From positions 313,906,001 through 313,970,000 of the forward strand of contig OZ024741.1 of the NCBI GenBank assembly GCA_964016885.1: 64,000 nucleotides of DNA, in the 5' to 3' direction. This DNA is from Eledone cirrhosa (lineage: Eukaryota). The notes under the pieces are model-generated. The model saw only the letters and a list, made by a program, of their open reading frames with translations, did not search any database and was not told where the DNA came from. Made by a program: the position numbers and the translations under genes. Positions 61,085-64,000 of this stretch are shown in pieces; the stretch's first letter is position 1, and each line of letters begins with the position of its first letter.

Positions 61085-64000
61085 GAAAACCCCATGACCA
61101 AGAAATACCGGGATGGCGGCCGGCGGGGAATAACCGTGTCTCTAGGGGAGAACGACCTCTCTAGTCTTGGTTGACACTCGTTCTAGAAGTGGTAACACGA
61201 AATGATTACCCCTTGGCGGATAAGGATAAAACGCGAAAAAATAAAGTAAATGTGTAATGATAAAATCTCATACCGGATCGGCCGTCACCCGGGTAGAAAA
61301 GGGCCGCGTCGCTCAGAGAGGAACCAGACTGGGGTCGAAACATCAGCTAATGGTTCAAACCTTCCCATCACTTCGGAGCTGGAGACCTCCCATAAACAGA
61401 ATACTCCTACTGTTGGCCCTCCATGCTCACCACCAAGAAATCCAAAGAAAAAGAGAGAAAAATGGTCAAGGGAAGATAATAAAGAAGTCCTTGAGGCATT
61501 CTACACTGCCATGTACTACCCATCAAATACATCGAATACAGAACAGACATATATCAACTGGAAATAGTAACATCCCGAAAACAGAGGCTATATTGACAGT
61601 AACAAACTAGCCAATATACGAAGAAATATCGTAAGAAAAAAGTTACTAACTGATATAGAAATTGATCAGATCAAGCTATTAGCACAAAGTCAGCGAAGGG
61701 AAAATGAAACATGTGCCAGTGAAAACGAGGTAAACTGTAACACTTCGAATCCCAGGTTTGGGGCGGAATCACTGGCAACAGAACAAATTAAAGAAAGGAG
61801 CGAAAAAGTGGAGGGAGTGCATGCTCAGGATGAAACTCCAAATGAAAATAATGAGATCGTAAATGATAAGGAAATGAATGAGAATGAATTTGCCAACTTG
61901 AAGGATGAAATTATGATCGAATAGATGAAAATGAAAGAATCTGACATGGGGCAACGAGACACCCTCCCTAAGATCCAGAACTCCAAACAGAACCAACAGA
62001 TAATACACAAGACTAACATAATTCTCAAAAACATTATCATCACAAACAAACTAAACATTACTGATTTAAATCATCTATATTATGCATCGGCTAAAGTCAC
62101 CACTCACTTATGTGGAGTGAAGATGAAAAAACAAAGGAATTCCCACAAGAAATCTACTTGGCAAGAGAACATCAATCGCCAAATAAACCTTCTCCGATCT
62201 GACATAGAAATTTTAACAAACTATAAAGTAGGTGAACATGTTAAACAAACTAAACTTAGAAAATTGAAAAAAATGTACAGTATAAAATCAACATGTGACA
62301 TAGACATGCTGATATAAATAATCAAGCAAAAAGTCTCGGCCAAAGCTGCTCGTATAAGGCGCTTTGACATACGATCTAGATTCTATAAGGACAATAATAT
62401 GTTCAAAAACAACCAAAGAAACTTCTACAGAAAAATTGGTAAGTCAACAATAACTGCTAAATCAATACCACCCAAGGAGGAAGTGCAAGAATTCTGGGAA
62501 AAGATCTGGGCCGAAGAAAAAGTTCATAACATACATGCCCCATGGATAGACAGACAAATGAAAGATACAGCTCACCTTGAGGAACAAATATGGGAAAATA
62601 TAACAGTTGAACAGTTGCGATTGGCTCTAAGAAAAACCAGCAAATGGAAATCCCCAGGAAAAGACAAAATACAAAACTTTTGGATAAATGCCTTCACAGA
62701 GACTCATGAGCTGTTAGCCCAACTTTACAATGAAATAGTTAAGGAGCCAGAAAAGATAACTTCATGGCTAGTTAACGGCATTACATTCCTGCTTCCGAAG
62801 AATGATGAGACAAACAATCCCAAAAATTACAGACCGATAACTTGCTTGACCACAATGTATAAAATGTTAACATCAGTCCTAACTGAATACACATATGACC
62901 ACCTGATAAAAAATGACCTATTTCCCATTGAGCAGAAAGGGTGTAAACGTGGGTCATATGGCTGTAAGGATCAGTTTCTGGTTAACAAAATGATACTGGA
63001 AGATTGTCATAATAGACACAAAAATCTATCGATTGCTTGGATAGATTATAAAAAAGCATTTGATAGTTAGCCACACAGTTGGATTGAAAAATGTTTAGAG
63101 ATTTTCAAAGTATCCCCCGTTGTCAGGAGGTTTTTGTCATTCAGTATGAAGACATGGAAAACGACACCCCTTTTGAATAGTGAAACAAAATCACTGGAAG
63201 CTGGAGAAGTTAATATTAATTGTGTAATTTTTCATGGTGATTCTTTATCACCGCTTTTATTCTGCATCGCACTTATACCATTAAGTAAAATGCTCAATGA
63301 AACAAAACATGGATATAGAGTCTATGACAAAACCATTAATCACCTGTTCTACATGGATGACCTGAAACTATTTGCAAAAAAAGGATGAACAATTGCAAGG
63401 GCTATTATCCACTGTTAAGCAGTTCAGTGATGACATTAAAATGGAGTTTGAACTAGATAAATGCGCCAAAGCAACGTTCACCAAAGGAAAGCTGCTGAAG
63501 AGTTCAGACATTAATCTTGATCGGGGGAACGTGATAAGAGAACTTGATCAAGAAAAAACTTACAAATATCTAGGTGCTTGTGAAGGAGACGGAATCAAGC
63601 ACTCGACAATGAGGGAAAGGATAAGGAAGGAATGTTACCGCAGAGTAAGAGCAATCTTAAGAACGGAATTGAATGCAAGGAATAGGATCGATGCCATAAA
63701 CACGCTTGCCATACCAGTAGTAACCTACAGTTACAATGTCATCAACTGGTCAAGCACAGAGATCCGTAGGCTCGATACAAAAATTCGAAAATTCTTAACC
63801 ATGCACAGAATGCATCACCCTAAGGCAGATATAGATAGAATATATCTCCCTAGGAAAGAAGGAGGACGTGGGTTAATCCAGTTAGACATTGCGTTGAAAA
63901 CTGCAACAATTGGATTATCTATATATCTAAGGGAATCACATGATTGGATGATCAAACTCGTTTTGAAACACGAAAGCATCAAAAGATCATATTCCATTAC
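61085..64000 (+). mobile_element. Second R4/Dong-like family, degenerate, with 5' UTR and ORF from 61250; runs off the window
   Basis: [58 protein letters not shown]; several stop codons. Confidence 0.92.

Overview
Eukaryotic, repeat-saturated DNA; the tRNA-derived SINE family and microsatellite style suggest an octopus/cephalopod genome (inference). The only host coding signal is two intact 135-nt, phase 1-1 exons encoding 8-Cys EGF-like modules (20685-20819, 21846-21980), plus a decayed third copy. The left 24 kb is dominated by Penelope-like elements (PLEs): a Neptune-type RT+GIY-YIG element with ~1 kb inverted pseudo-LTRs, a Naiad-type remnant, several long palindromes and at least six type I hammerhead ribozyme-like motifs. 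The right 40 kb is a pile-up of non-LTR retrotransposons organised around (AAT)n tracts. R4/Dong-like RLE elements read (AAT)n on their sense strand. Tx1-like APE elements read (ATT)n, in the opposite orientation. A SINE shares the Tx1 3' stem-loop and ATTAT target preference. A 6.64 kb tandem duplication appears to have arisen by unequal crossover between two Tx1 copies. Coordinates were read by eye; ends of degenerate elements are approximate.
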